From assembly GCA_000092065.1 (NCBI GenBank), contig CP000592.1: a DNA stretch of 64,000 nucleotides; one strand, 5' to 3'. The translations under genes were made by a program, and so were the position numbers. A model generated the notes under the pieces. It had not been told where the DNA came from, ran no database searches, and saw nothing but the letters and a program-made list of their open reading frames with translations. Each line of letters opens with the position of its first letter. Positions within the stretch are counted from its first letter, which is position 1. Shown piece by piece: positions 41,651 through 51,077 of the stretch. The DNA is from Ostreococcus lucimarinus (lineage: Eukaryota).

Positions 41651-42571
41651 ATGTCTTTTTTCACCGCCGCCGTGCGCCGCGTCGTCAATCATCGACGTCG
41701 CGCTCTCACGCGCGCGTTTTCCGATCACGCGCGCGTCCTCGCCCACGAAGTCCACGGCGCACCGTTCGGTTCAAAAGTCGATGCCGATGCGTCGTCAACC
41801 ATCTTCATCTTACACGGGCTCTTGGGCGCGGGCCGAAACTGGCGCAGTTTTGCGAAACAGTTGCGGCAGCGCCTCGGCGAACAAGATTGGCGCGTGGTTT
41901 TGGTGGATCTGCGCGGACACGGCGCGAGCGCGAGCATCGGGCAGCGGACGCCGGCGTGCGGCGTGGTGGAGGCGGCTCGGGACGTCGACGCCCTGGCGAA
42001 GATGATCGGGACGGCGCCGAGCGTGGTCGTGGGACACAGCTTGGGAGGGAAAGTCGCGCTGGAGTATTCAAAATTGGCGACAACGGCGCCAAAGCAGACG
42101 TGGTCCTTGGATTCGGTGCCGGGGAGAGTGGAGGCGGATCCCCACGGCGTCGCGGAGGTGTTGTCGGCGATTCGAGCGCTGCCGAGGCGCATACCCAGCC
42201 GCAAGTGGCTCGCGCAGGCGCTACCACAGTTCTCCACTGAGTTGGTGGATTGGATAGGGAGTAATTTGAAAAACGTGTGCGATGGTGGGAGTGAATTAGA
42301 GTTAGTTTTCAACCTCGATACCGTCATGCAGCTTTACGATTCATATCAAAAGACAGACAGTTGGCACGCCATCGAGGACGAGGCTTCTGGCATTTACGTC
42401 GTGAAGGCGGAAAATAGTACGCGCTGGAGTACGGCATGCGTCGAGAGGTTGAAAAGGTCGCCGGCGAATTTCCAAGTGCTAGCAAATGCTGGTCATTGGG
42501 TGCACACCGACAATCCAAACGGGTTGCTCGAGATTCTCACGACGTCCATTCCGAAAAGTAGACAACTATAG
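41651..42571 (+). CDS. Alpha/beta hydrolase, ABHD11-like
   Basis: Motifs present are IFILHGLLGAGRNW, the nucleophile elbow GHSLGG and the catalytic His in NAGHWVHTDNP. Confidence 0.8.
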   Translation: MSFFTAAVRRVVNHRRRALTRAFSDHARVLAHEVHGAPFGSKVDADASSTIFILHGLLGAGRNWRSFAKQLRQRLGEQDWRVVLVDLRGHGASASIGQRTPACGVVEAARDVDALAKMIGTAPSVVVGHSLGGKVALEYSKLATTAPKQTWSLDSVPGRVEADPHGVAEVLSAIRALPRRIPSRKWLAQALPQFSTELVDWIGSNLKNVCDGGSELELVFNLDTVMQLYDSYQKTDSWHAIEDEASGIYVVKAENSTRWSTACVERLKRSPANFQVLANAGHWVHTDNPNGLLEILTTSIPKSRQL

Positions 42572-42605
42572 CAAGTGCGTTGTGTATTTCTAGAAGCTAG
42601 GTATG

Positions 42606-45245
42606 CTAGGTCAACACGTCTATGGATGCTCGACACGTCGGGCATCGTAATGCATTTCGAAGAGAACAGAGTAAGCACGAGGCGTGGAATATGTGCGAGC
42701 AGTCTGTGCGAATCAATTTTTCATTCGTTCGACATTCGTTCAAGCAAATGGCGCACGTAGTACATTCCACGTCTTTGTCAGCGACGTACGCGCGCTTTGC
42801 GATCTCTCGTAACGTCGTGTCTCTGCGATCACGCTCGACGTCTTCAGCAGTAGTGTACAAAAGTCGGTCGCTCTCCCAAAGATTCGCTCCGAATTGTCGC
42901 GCGTCAGCGGCAAATAGATTCGAATCCGTCGCGGTCAAGTCGGCGCCAAAACGTGGTGTTCCGTCGCGAAAAAGCGCCGAATCGCTCGCATAGAGATGTG
43001 CATCGGGATAGAGATTCGAACGATGAGACACTCCGGCGATAATTCCCAATCTACTCGCAATATCTAGCAGAACTTCCGCATCGAGCGCAGCGTAAGTGAT
43101 CTGGGCTTGCGCGAGTGGTCTGGCATCCCAGTTGCTTCGCTGACAGCGCTTATCGAGCGCGTATCCGAGCGTTTCGGAAACGATGGAAGCCAACGAGTTC
43201 ATGACATCGCCTTGCAAGTCGATGACGTTGGCGTCCTGAAAACAGCCGGGTAGAGGGCTCGAGGACGACGACGGATATGACTTGCTCGCGACACGAAGTC
43301 GTTTCCAGTCTTGCTCTGGGGCAAACGCAATCTTTTTCATACCCGATTCACCGAACACGTCTGCGATGAATGTAGACATCCGCGTCCGTTCGATTCGTAA
43401 ACAATCGATGACGAATGTTTCGCAATTGTGCACTGGAGAAATTTGGAGCGTTGAAATCGGTCGCGGATCACGCCATTCGCAATCAAATGCGAAGGCGTCA
43501 CAATGTGGCGACGCAAGAACTTCTTTGATTCGCTCTAATCCGCACTCGTCTTCCACGACGATGATTCTCTTCTTCGGCACCAGGAGGGGAAGTTCAGAAG
43601 AAATTGTCATACTTTGAAGGTTTGCGTCGACGTCGAGAAACTCGTCCGGCGCGCGAAGATCAAATGTTTCGCGCAACGTTTCGCGCGTCAAAGCGTACGC
43701 CTTTGCCTCCAACCAGTCGCCTCGATCCATTAGATCGTCCAAAACTGATATTTCCATGCACTCCACGATCGCATTGCTGGCAATCGTCGTGATGTCGTTT
43801 TCCCACGTGTCCACCAAACGTCGCGCCACTTTTGACACGGTCTTTGAATCCAATGTGGCAATGGCTTCGTCCAATCCCGCGAAAATTGGTTGCCTCCACG
43901 ACTCGACGCGTCCTCCAAGATCAGCTAAACTTACCGCTGTATGTGCGACTGAGGTGGGATCGCTCGCATCGATGGCGCTGCACATGCGTTGCGCAAAATC
44001 CGTGACGCTCTCAAGCGCTCGAGACGTTGTCGTCATCGTCTTGGCGTCTGTTATTTCGAGAAGCGCCGCGATATCATTCAACTCACGGCAGTTGGTCTCT
44101 TCGCACGCACGCACGATGGCAGATACAATTTGATCTTCCGTAAACATCATCTCGCGATCCTTCATCGTCGTGACGAATGTTGAAACCGATCCGCAAATGT
44201 CAAACATTTGTCGCGACGTCACTGAACTCCACGCGCCGTTGTCCATCGCGCTCGCGACGGCGGAGGCTAAAATCCTACACGCAGTTCTACGCGCCTTCTC
44301 TTCGCGAACGCGCACACGATCGGATATTCCACAGTCACGGAGTCGCACACCCACCAAAGCTCGCAATATCGATAAATTGCCATCGTCGTCGGCGACGCCC
44401 GCGAGTGTCTCCGCGGCGCGCGAAGAAACATCCGGCTTCTCCCCGCTCACCGCAATGGCTGTCTCAGCACGCAATATCTTCGCCACTAACTCAACCATGG
44501 CGTCACTTTCGACGTCTTTCGACAATCTTTGGTCCCGCAACAACGTCCCAAACTCCTCCCACGCCGTCTCCGCGTCTTTTTCTCGCTTCTGCTTCGCCGC
44601 CGCTTTTCGCTCCAGCGAACGATCAATACCGTCGGGATTATCCCACGACACTCCTTTATTCAATCGACTAAAATTGCCTCGACGAGATTCCCTCGTCGAC
44701 ACCCCCCGAGCCGGTTCGTTCGCCACCTCATCCGGAAAAAATCGCTCATCCAGGTCGCCGTACTTTAAGCCGTCCGAGTGCGACGCTCGAAAATTCCACC
44801 ACGTCGTCTCTCGCCGCTCGGCTTCCTCGATCGCCTCGATCGTCGCCCTTTCGCAGTGCGACAGCGCTAACGATCGCACGCTTTGTCCCTTATTATTCAC
44901 TATTTTCACCTTTGCCCCGCGCTGCAGCAGGTACAGCACGACGTCGTCGCGACATCGCGTCGTCGCGTAAAACACCGCCGTCTTTCCGTAGTTGTGTCGC
45001 CCCGTGCTGATCTGATCGATCGCCCCTCCCCTCTCCAGCACGCACTTCACCACGTCGAGCGACCCTCGCCACGCCGCGAGGTGCAGCGGCGCCTTCCCGG
45101 ACCTCGCCGCGCGTCGCGCGAGCAATTCGTCGTCGCCCTCGGGTCGCGCGTCGAGCCACTCGCGCAGACCGTCGACGTCGTCGGCCACGAGCAGGCGCTG
45201 CGGCACGCACGCCTCGGCGCGTCGCGCGCGGGCGACGATGGGCAT
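42606..45245 (-). CDS. Ankyrin-repeat, DEDDy 3'-5' exonuclease (WRN-exo/Mut-7-like) and RING-H2 fusion protein
   Basis: The ankyrin region reads GKAPLHLAAWRGSLDVVKCVLERGG...TAVFYATTRCRDDVVLYLLQRGA. Exonuclease motifs are AFAFDCEW, KIAFAPEQDWKRL and YAALDAEVLL. The RING-H2 is CAICLNEC....CSHIFHASCL...CPTC. ATG 45245 (MPIVARARR) is used. The track ORF to 45851 runs antisense through the BolA gene. Confidence 0.8.
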   Translation of the reverse strand: MPIVARARRAEACVPQRLLVADDVDGLREWLDARPEGDDELLARRAARSGKAPLHLAAWRGSLDVVKCVLERGGAIDQISTGRHNYGKTAVFYATTRCRDDVVLYLLQRGAKVKIVNNKGQSVRSLALSHCERATIEAIEEAERRETTWWNFRASHSDGLKYGDLDERFFPDEVANEPARGVSTRESRRGNFSRLNKGVSWDNPDGIDRSLERKAAAKQKREKDAETAWEEFGTLLRDQRLSKDVESDAMVELVAKILRAETAIAVSGEKPDVSSRAAETLAGVADDDGNLSILRALVGVRLRDCGISDRVRVREEKARRTACRILASAVASAMDNGAWSSVTSRQMFDICGSVSTFVTTMKDREMMFTEDQIVSAIVRACEETNCRELNDIAALLEITDAKTMTTTSRALESVTDFAQRMCSAIDASDPTSVAHTAVSLADLGGRVESWRQPIFAGLDEAIATLDSKTVSKVARRLVDTWENDITTIASNAIVECMEISVLDDLMDRGDWLEAKAYALTRETLRETFDLRAPDEFLDVDANLQSMTISSELPLLVPKKRIIVVEDECGLERIKEVLASPHCDAFAFDCEWRDPRPISTLQISPVHNCETFVIDCLRIERTRMSTFIADVFGESGMKKIAFAPEQDWKRLRVASKSYPSSSSSPLPGCFQDANVIDLQGDVMNSLASIVSETLGYALDKRCQRSNWDARPLAQAQITYAALDAEVLLDIASRLGIIAGVSHRSNLYPDAHLYASDSALFRDGTPRFGADLTATDSNLFAADARQFGANLWESDRLLYTTAEDVERDRRDTTLREIAKRAYVADKDVECTTCAICLNECRTNEKLIRTDCSHIFHASCLLCSLRNALRCPTCRASIDVLT

Positions 45246-45370
45246 GCGCGCGCGCGCGGTCGCGAGGCGCGACGACGACGGCGCGCGCGCGCGCATGCGT
45301 GTGACGACGTCGCGAGCACAGACGGCGAAACAATTGGATTCGCCGAGGACGCACACGTCGTCGCGCGCGC

Positions 45371-45604
45371 ATGAGCTCGACGCGCGAGGTGCGCGAGCTG
45401 CTCGAGCGCGCGTTCGCGCCGTGCGCGGAGCTGGACGTCGTGGACGTGAGCGGGGAGTGCGGGAGCGCGTTCGAAGTGCGCGTGGTGAGCGAATCGTTTC
45501 GAGACAAGAGTCGGATTGAGAGTCATCGCGCGATTCACGACGCGCTGGGGAGCGTGATGGGAAAGATACACGCGCTGAGCGTGAAAGTGGCCAAGGCGCC
45601 GTGA
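45371..45604 (+). CDS. BolA-like protein (77 aa)
   Basis: The sequence VDVSGECGSAFEVRVVSESFRDKSRIESHRAIHDALGSVMGKIHALSVKVAKAP matches the BolA signature (..F.G.....H R.....L....IHAL.). Confidence 0.8.
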   Translation: MSSTREVRELLERAFAPCAELDVVDVSGECGSAFEVRVVSESFRDKSRIESHRAIHDALGSVMGKIHALSVKVAKAP

Positions 45605-45673
45605 ACGAGGCGCGACGTAGGGGCGCAGAGGATCGTGATGGACCGTTGTTATGGAATGAATGTTGGCTACGAA

Positions 45674-46675
45674 TCAACGCACGGCGAGAAATTTCTCGAG
45701 TTTGGCCACCATCACGGGAGGCCAACGACGTATGCGCGTGACGTAATCGATATCGCGATATTTGGCGCAACCACTCTCGCGCGAACACGCTCGTTCCCAC
45801 GCATCTTCGGCGTCTTCGAAGCGGGCCGCTGAATAATATAAAGCGGCGCACGCCGCGCGCACGTCGGCGCTGTTCGGCGCGCGGCGGACGAGAGATTCGA
45901 GCTGTTTCAGCGCTTTATCTTCGTTTCCAAGCTGAGCTTCGGCGAGGGCAAGGTTGGAGAAGGCGTAAATAGCGCCGTCCAGGCGTTGCGTCGTCGAGGC
46001 GCCGACTTTGAAGCCGCGCGCGCCTTGGAAAAGATTCGCCGCGCTTTCGTAGTCATCCTTTGCCTTGTCCCAATTTCCGAGCGAGCCGTGGACGTTACCT
46101 CTAGAGTTCAAAACGTACGGATCCGGCGCGAATCCCGAGACTTCACACAACCGCAACACCTCGTCATAGTCGCGCAGGGCGTCCCGGAAGCGGTACACTC
46201 CCTCCAGAGCTAACGCCCTTCCCGCGAGAACGCGCGCCGAAGCGCTCGCATCGCCTTCGCACATCGCCACGGCCTCATCGTACGCTTTCAACGCATCGTC
46301 AAACTGTTTCGCGTCCACGCTCACCGTGGCCTTGGCCTCGATCCACCGCAGCTCGTTCGGCTCGGCTCGGCGCAGGGCGTCCAGCGCGTCGAGAGCGCGG
46401 CTAAAGTCTTGCACGTCGTACGCCTCTACCAACGCGCGCTGTAATTCGTCGATGCTCTCAGATGCAAACGCGCGGGAGTTTGCGCGCAACGAGCAACAGA
46501 ACGCGCCGATGACGGCGCTTCGGCGCGTCGTCGTCGTCCCGGAAGTGCTCGGGACGTCATCGGTCGGTGCTTTGAACCGTCGCGTTTGGTTTTGTCCACG
46601 TTCGGGGCGCGCGTCGGCGCGAACGCAGCGCGAAGACGACGCGATGATCGGTGTCGCGCTATACGAAGCGCGCAT
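45674..46675 (-). CDS. TPR-repeat protein with presequence
   Basis: Several 34-aa TPR-like units are present (ALKAYDEAV, ALRDYDEVL, AKDDYESAANL, ALKQLESLV). A conserved C-terminal YRDIDYVTRIRRWPP motif follows. Confidence 0.68.
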   Translation of the reverse strand: MRASYSATPIIASSSRCVRADARPERGQNQTRRFKAPTDDVPSTSGTTTTRRSAVIGAFCCSLRANSRAFASESIDELQRALVEAYDVQDFSRALDALDALRRAEPNELRWIEAKATVSVDAKQFDDALKAYDEAVAMCEGDASASARVLAGRALALEGVYRFRDALRDYDEVLRLCEVSGFAPDPYVLNSRGNVHGSLGNWDKAKDDYESAANLFQGARGFKVGASTTQRLDGAIYAFSNLALAEAQLGNEDKALKQLESLVRRAPNSADVRAACAALYYSAARFEDAEDAWERACSRESGCAKYRDIDYVTRIRRWPPVMVAKLEKFLAVR

Positions 46676-46762
46676 GGCGCGTGGGACGTCGTGAATGCGA
46701 GTTTGATTGACTCGCCGGCGCGCAATGGCGCGACGGCAGTTCTGCTTACAACGTTTTCCGGC

Positions 46763-48259
46763 CTACAAGCGCATCTCGTGAATCTCGCAATTCTTCATGC
46801 TTCGCTCTGACTTGGAAAACTCCTTGAAGAATGTGGAGTGTCCGAAGACCACAAACGTTTCCTCCGGTCGCTTGAGGAGCCAGTCGCGGAAACGCGCGAC
46901 GCGGCGCTTGAAGTTCGTCTGCGGCTCGAGAGACTTGAACTGTTCTGACTGTGCGTCGTTGGGCCTATGTTCGCAACCCTCCCACCACCAGCGATCTTCA
47001 GGGATTCTAGATAGTGCTAATTCTAATTCCGGAAATTCCGCCTCAAGGCAGCGTCTGGGACGACCGACGTCTCCCGAGCAGCTGAGTTTCTCAGTCAATT
47101 CTTCGCGAATCATGAGTCGGCTTGTCCACTCTTCAAATTCCCGCTCGGGGTTGAAAGCCTTCTTTGACGAAGTACTCAACGGTGTATTTAAGTCGTCGAC
47201 ATTCTCGTCCGGTGAGGCATCGTCCGCGACGTTCGCTCCGCCGCGCTGAGCCTTGTTCAGTTCCGCCGCTTTCGCCTCGAGCGCCGCCTTGCGTCCGATG
47301 ATGCACGTCTCTATCGCCCTCGTCAAAGGTGACGTGATCCAAAGCGCATTTTTCGGCATCTTCGAAAGAGCCATGCCTAAAGCCTTCGCTTGCTTCCTTC
47401 CCAGCTCGGTCAGCGCGGCGTCGAACATCTTTGGCTCGTCCCAGGACCCCGGGCCCGAATTCGCGGCGTTCCACGTACTCTGGCCGTGACGAACCAAGTG
47501 CACCTTCTTCTGACCCGTGCGAAAGATTGGATATAACTTGAGCTGCCGATCCTTTTCCGCCTGAACGCGTGCTGCTGCAGCATCCCTCTTACACTCATCA
47601 TCGCGAATCTTCTCCGCCCTCGCTCTCGCCGTCCGATCTTCGTCGCTATCGCACTGCGAAAATTCGCGCGCCGGCGATATGACGTACTGCGACCCTCCGT
47701 ACTCTCCCGGCGACATCCCTCCCCACTCACTCCTCGGCGTGTCTTCCTCGAACCCCGGCGTTTCATTCCCGTCGCCATCGTCATCATCCACAGTCCCTCG
47801 CTTCCCTCCTGACGCGCGCGCCGAACTCGAATCCCGCCGCGTCCGCCGCCGGCGTTCCCTCCCAATCGACCCCCCCGCGCTCCCACCCGCGACGTCCACG
47901 CTCTTACACGCGCTCATAGACCGACGTTTCGCGATGTTGAACCCTCCCAGCCCGACATCGTCGCTCTCTACTCTCGGCGTTTGCATCGGCGTCGTCTTCA
48001 GGTCTCCCATCGTCCCCAACGGCCCGAGTTCGCTCCGTCGTCGTTTCCGTCCCGTCGTCCACGTTCTTCCGTTCGCGCTCGCCGTGCGCAGCGCACGACC
48101 GTGATGCGCCGCGCGCGCCTGCGTCACCGCGGGCGTCACGGCGTCGTCACGGAACCCATCGTCGTCGTCATCCGTTCGCACGACAGCCGAGACGTGCGCA
48201 TCATCTTTCGACGTTTCCACGCCCGCGCGAGCGTCAACGGGCGCGCGCGCGGACGACAT
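46763..48259 (-). CDS. Histidine phosphatase (phosphoglycerate mutase family) protein with a long low-complexity N-terminal region
   Basis: The RHG catalytic motif is VHLVRHGQSTWNAA. A later VVFGHSTFF motif supplies the second His. ATG 48259 is used (ORF open to 48388). Confidence 0.72.
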   Translation of the reverse strand: MSSARAPVDARAGVETSKDDAHVSAVVRTDDDDDGFRDDAVTPAVTQARAAHHGRALRTASANGRTWTTGRKRRRSELGPLGTMGDLKTTPMQTPRVESDDVGLGGFNIAKRRSMSACKSVDVAGGSAGGSIGRERRRRTRRDSSSARASGGKRGTVDDDDGDGNETPGFEEDTPRSEWGGMSPGEYGGSQYVISPAREFSQCDSDEDRTARARAEKIRDDECKRDAAAARVQAEKDRQLKLYPIFRTGQKKVHLVRHGQSTWNAANSGPGSWDEPKMFDAALTELGRKQAKALGMALSKMPKNALWITSPLTRAIETCIIGRKAALEAKAAELNKAQRGGANVADDASPDENVDDLNTPLSTSSKKAFNPEREFEEWTSRLMIREELTEKLSCSGDVGRPRRCLEAEFPELELALSRIPEDRWWWEGCEHRPNDAQSEQFKSLEPQTNFKRRVARFRDWLLKRPEETFVVFGHSTFFKEFSKSERSMKNCEIHEMRL

Positions 48260-48432
48260 CGACGCGAGCGATCCCCACGCGCGCGGCGACTGCGCCCGCG
48301 CGCGTTCACGCGCTCGATGCGCGCGCGCGCGAGCTCCCGAACGTCTCGTTTTGACGTGTTTGAAATTCAAATCGCGTCGACGCGTCAATACGCGACGTCG
48401 CGATCGCGATCGCGGCGCTCTTCGCGCGCGCG

Positions 48433-49475
48433 ATGGCGACGAAGTCGTTGGTGATGACGACGCGCGATGATCGCGCGCTGACGCGGTCGACGCGCGACGC
48501 GGAGACGATCGCGACGCTGCAGCGAGAGCTCAGCTCGAGTGAAATAGAACGCGCGACGACGGCGCGCGCGATGGCGGCGCACGAAGAGCGCGCGCGAGAG
48601 CTCGAACGCGCGTTGGCGCGCGCCGAAGACGCGCTGGAGGAAGCGACGAGCGAGATGGAGACGAAGGAGCGAACGCGGAGGGACGGCGCCGAACGCCTGG
48701 CGCGACGATACGAGGCGTTGGCGCGGCGAGTGGAGGAGACCGAACGCGCGGCGAGGCGCGAGCGAGAGGAGTGCGTGATGTATAAAACGGAATGTGAGAG
48801 CCTCAGACAGGCACTGGAGGCTTCGACGCGGGAATTAGGGGCGATGCAGGTGGACGCCGCGCGCGGGAAATCGGCGGCGAGCGAGGCAAAGAATTTTAAA
48901 AGAGAGATTGACAGAGCGCGACGAGAGAAAGACGCGGCGATGAGCGCAATTAGAGCCGAGTTGGCGGATGCGCGGCGGCGGGCAACGTCGTTGGAGGCAT
49001 CGAGCACGGAGGTTAAAAGGATATTGGGCGACGCGTTGGGGGAGGAGTTGGGCGAGCGCGACGCCGCGACGGTGGCGGCGAGACGCGTGGCCGACGCGAT
49101 GCGCGACGCCAAGGCGCGATTGCAAGCGCTCGAACGCGTTCAACACGCGAATAGTGCAGATGGTGCGAGCACGCTCAGAAACTCGACTTCTTCGGCGATG
49201 GAAGACGACGTCGCACTCGTCGCCGAGACGGAGGCCGCGCTCGAAGAGGCCCTCGGCACCGCGCGACGATGGAAGTCAGCGGCCGAGAAAGAGCGCACTT
49301 CGCGAGAACGCATCGAAAATGAGCTCGACGACTGTCGCTCGTCCCTCGCGCGCGCGATCGAGGAAAGGTCTCGAGCCGAATCGTACGAGCGCGAGCTCGA
49401 AGCCGTCGTCGAGCGACTCGGCGATAGAATTCGCGCCCTGGAATCCGCGTCGCCCGCCGTGCGCCGCGACAACGT

Positions 49476-49506
<31 letters not shown>

Positions 49507-49509
49507 TAG
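48433..49509 (+). CDS. Coiled-coil protein (358 aa), function unknown
   Basis: Heptad-rich E/R/A sequence runs throughout. The protein ends in (DT)n encoded by a (GACACC)4 repeat. Confidence 0.5.
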
Positions 49510-49781
49510 CCAAGCCACCCGGACCGCGCCCGCGTAGCCGCTTGCCCGCTTTCTGATTAATCTGACGACAACATGCCCGCACACTCGGGTTGAGACATAT
49601 CGGGTTTCCGTCGAAACCGTCCGGTGATCTATGAAAAACGACCTCGAATACGCAACACATCGCTGAGATTTCCCAAACCACGCGTTCACTGATTGCCAGC
49701 GCCGAGTCGTCCCCTCGACCGCGCCCTCGGGGTGCGGCGCGACATCGCGACGTCGGGCGCGTCGACGACGCCCCCGACGCG

Positions 49782-51038
49782 ATGCAGACGACCGCGATCC
49801 CGTCGCGAACCGCGGCGCGCGCGCGCGGGTGGACGAGAGCGCGAGAGGGCGCGCGCAACGCGACCATCGTGCGCGCTAACCCACCCGGAAGTGCGCGACG
49901 CGAAGGCGTCGCGCGACGCGGCGACGACGCGGCGACGACGCGCGCGATCGCGGTGGATGAAAGAAAGTCATCATCATCGACGGACGCCGTTCGCGAGTGC
50001 GCCGTGGGGGACGCGCTGCGGGTGCGATTGCCCGGGGAGACTCGAGCGAGTTATCTAGAGGTGGAGGCGACGAGCGCGAACCGCGCGCGCGGAGCGTTTC
50101 GAGGCGTCGATGCGGTGCTCGAGGTGTGCGAAGAGACGAATAGAGTGTTGTTGAGTGAAATTGTCGATGGGAACTTTGGAAAGGATGGGAAGAGGAAGTC
50201 AACGCGATTGTTGCGGGAAAGGTTTACGCGCTCGTACGACGGTTTGACGACGACGCTGGAGACGCTGCGAAGGTCGGGAGAATATCCGGCGCCTGGGTTT
50301 TCGGGCGCGATCGAGTGCGAAGAGGTGTCGAGACTTTGTAGTTTGGAAGAGTTACGCGCGCGAGTTTCGGAAGATGCGAGCTTTTGGGCCGACGGAAGTC
50401 CGAAAGATTTCCAAGGCTTGTCCGCGGACGAGCACGCAACGCTCAACGCCGGGGAGATTTTGGCGTTTCAGTGTGGATGCAGACCGATGTGCATGGTGCA
50501 GCTGTGGACTGGTTGGGAAGACGATTTGGGTCGACGACAAAGCATTGACATGCCTTTTGTCGCCCGATTGCTGAAGGAAATCACCGAAGACGATGAAATT
50601 GGTGTCATCACCGTCGCGCCTCCAGGGGCATCAGAAAAGCTCGGAATCACCGCGCTGTTGTATCCTCGAAAGTCGCCGTATAAAGAGCGCGCGAAGCTGC
50701 TCGCCTCTTTCGGCGCCCAAGCAGCCATCGTGGCGGGTTCAGCGTACTATCAAACGCTGATAGGACGGTGCCTCGGGTACAAGGAGGAGAACATCAATGC
50801 GCACGTGCAGCAATACAACAAGGGCGTCGGCGTCTCGAAGCAAATCAGCGACTTGGTCGAAGAAGAATTGGCCGGGCTTAGCGCAGTTCCCGCGTCAAAA
50901 CGGTGGAGAGATGGGTTCGCGGTCGCTACGGTGTCGAACGACAAGTCGCGAAGTCGAAGGAAAAAGAAGTCCAATCGAGCGTCCTCAAACTTGGAGGACG
51001 TGGAAATGATGTTTGGCCGACGCGGGCGCGCAAAGTAG
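49782..51038 (+). CDS. Hypothetical protein with presequence (418 aa)
   Basis: The C-terminal 300 aa are non-repetitive (QCGCRPMCMVQLWTGWEDD, GRCLGYKEENINAH). No family was recognised. Confidence 0.5.
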   Translation: MQTTAIPSRTAARARGWTRAREGARNATIVRANPPGSARREGVARRGDDAATTRAIAVDERKSSSSTDAVRECAVGDALRVRLPGETRASYLEVEATSANRARGAFRGVDAVLEVCEETNRVLLSEIVDGNFGKDGKRKSTRLLRERFTRSYDGLTTTLETLRRSGEYPAPGFSGAIECEEVSRLCSLEELRARVSEDASFWADGSPKDFQGLSADEHATLNAGEILAFQCGCRPMCMVQLWTGWEDDLGRRQSIDMPFVARLLKEITEDDEIGVITVAPPGASEKLGITALLYPRKSPYKERAKLLASFGAQAAIVAGSAYYQTLIGRCLGYKEENINAHVQQYNKGVGVSKQISDLVEEELAGLSAVPASKRWRDGFAVATVSNDKSRSRRKKKSNRASSNLEDVEMMFGRRGRAK

Positions 51039-51077
51039 TATGACTGTAAAAAACAATGAAACAATTTTTTATTAATC

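Noticed and set aside
42905-42925. T-loop-like GGTTCGA / TTCGAATCC strings (for example 1872, 22031, 42911 and 60106) that could hint at tRNA genes
   Set aside because: All lie inside well-supported coding sequence. None has an acceptor-stem, D-arm or anticodon-arm arrangement. No tRNA was found by eye, and a tRNAscan-type search would be decisive.
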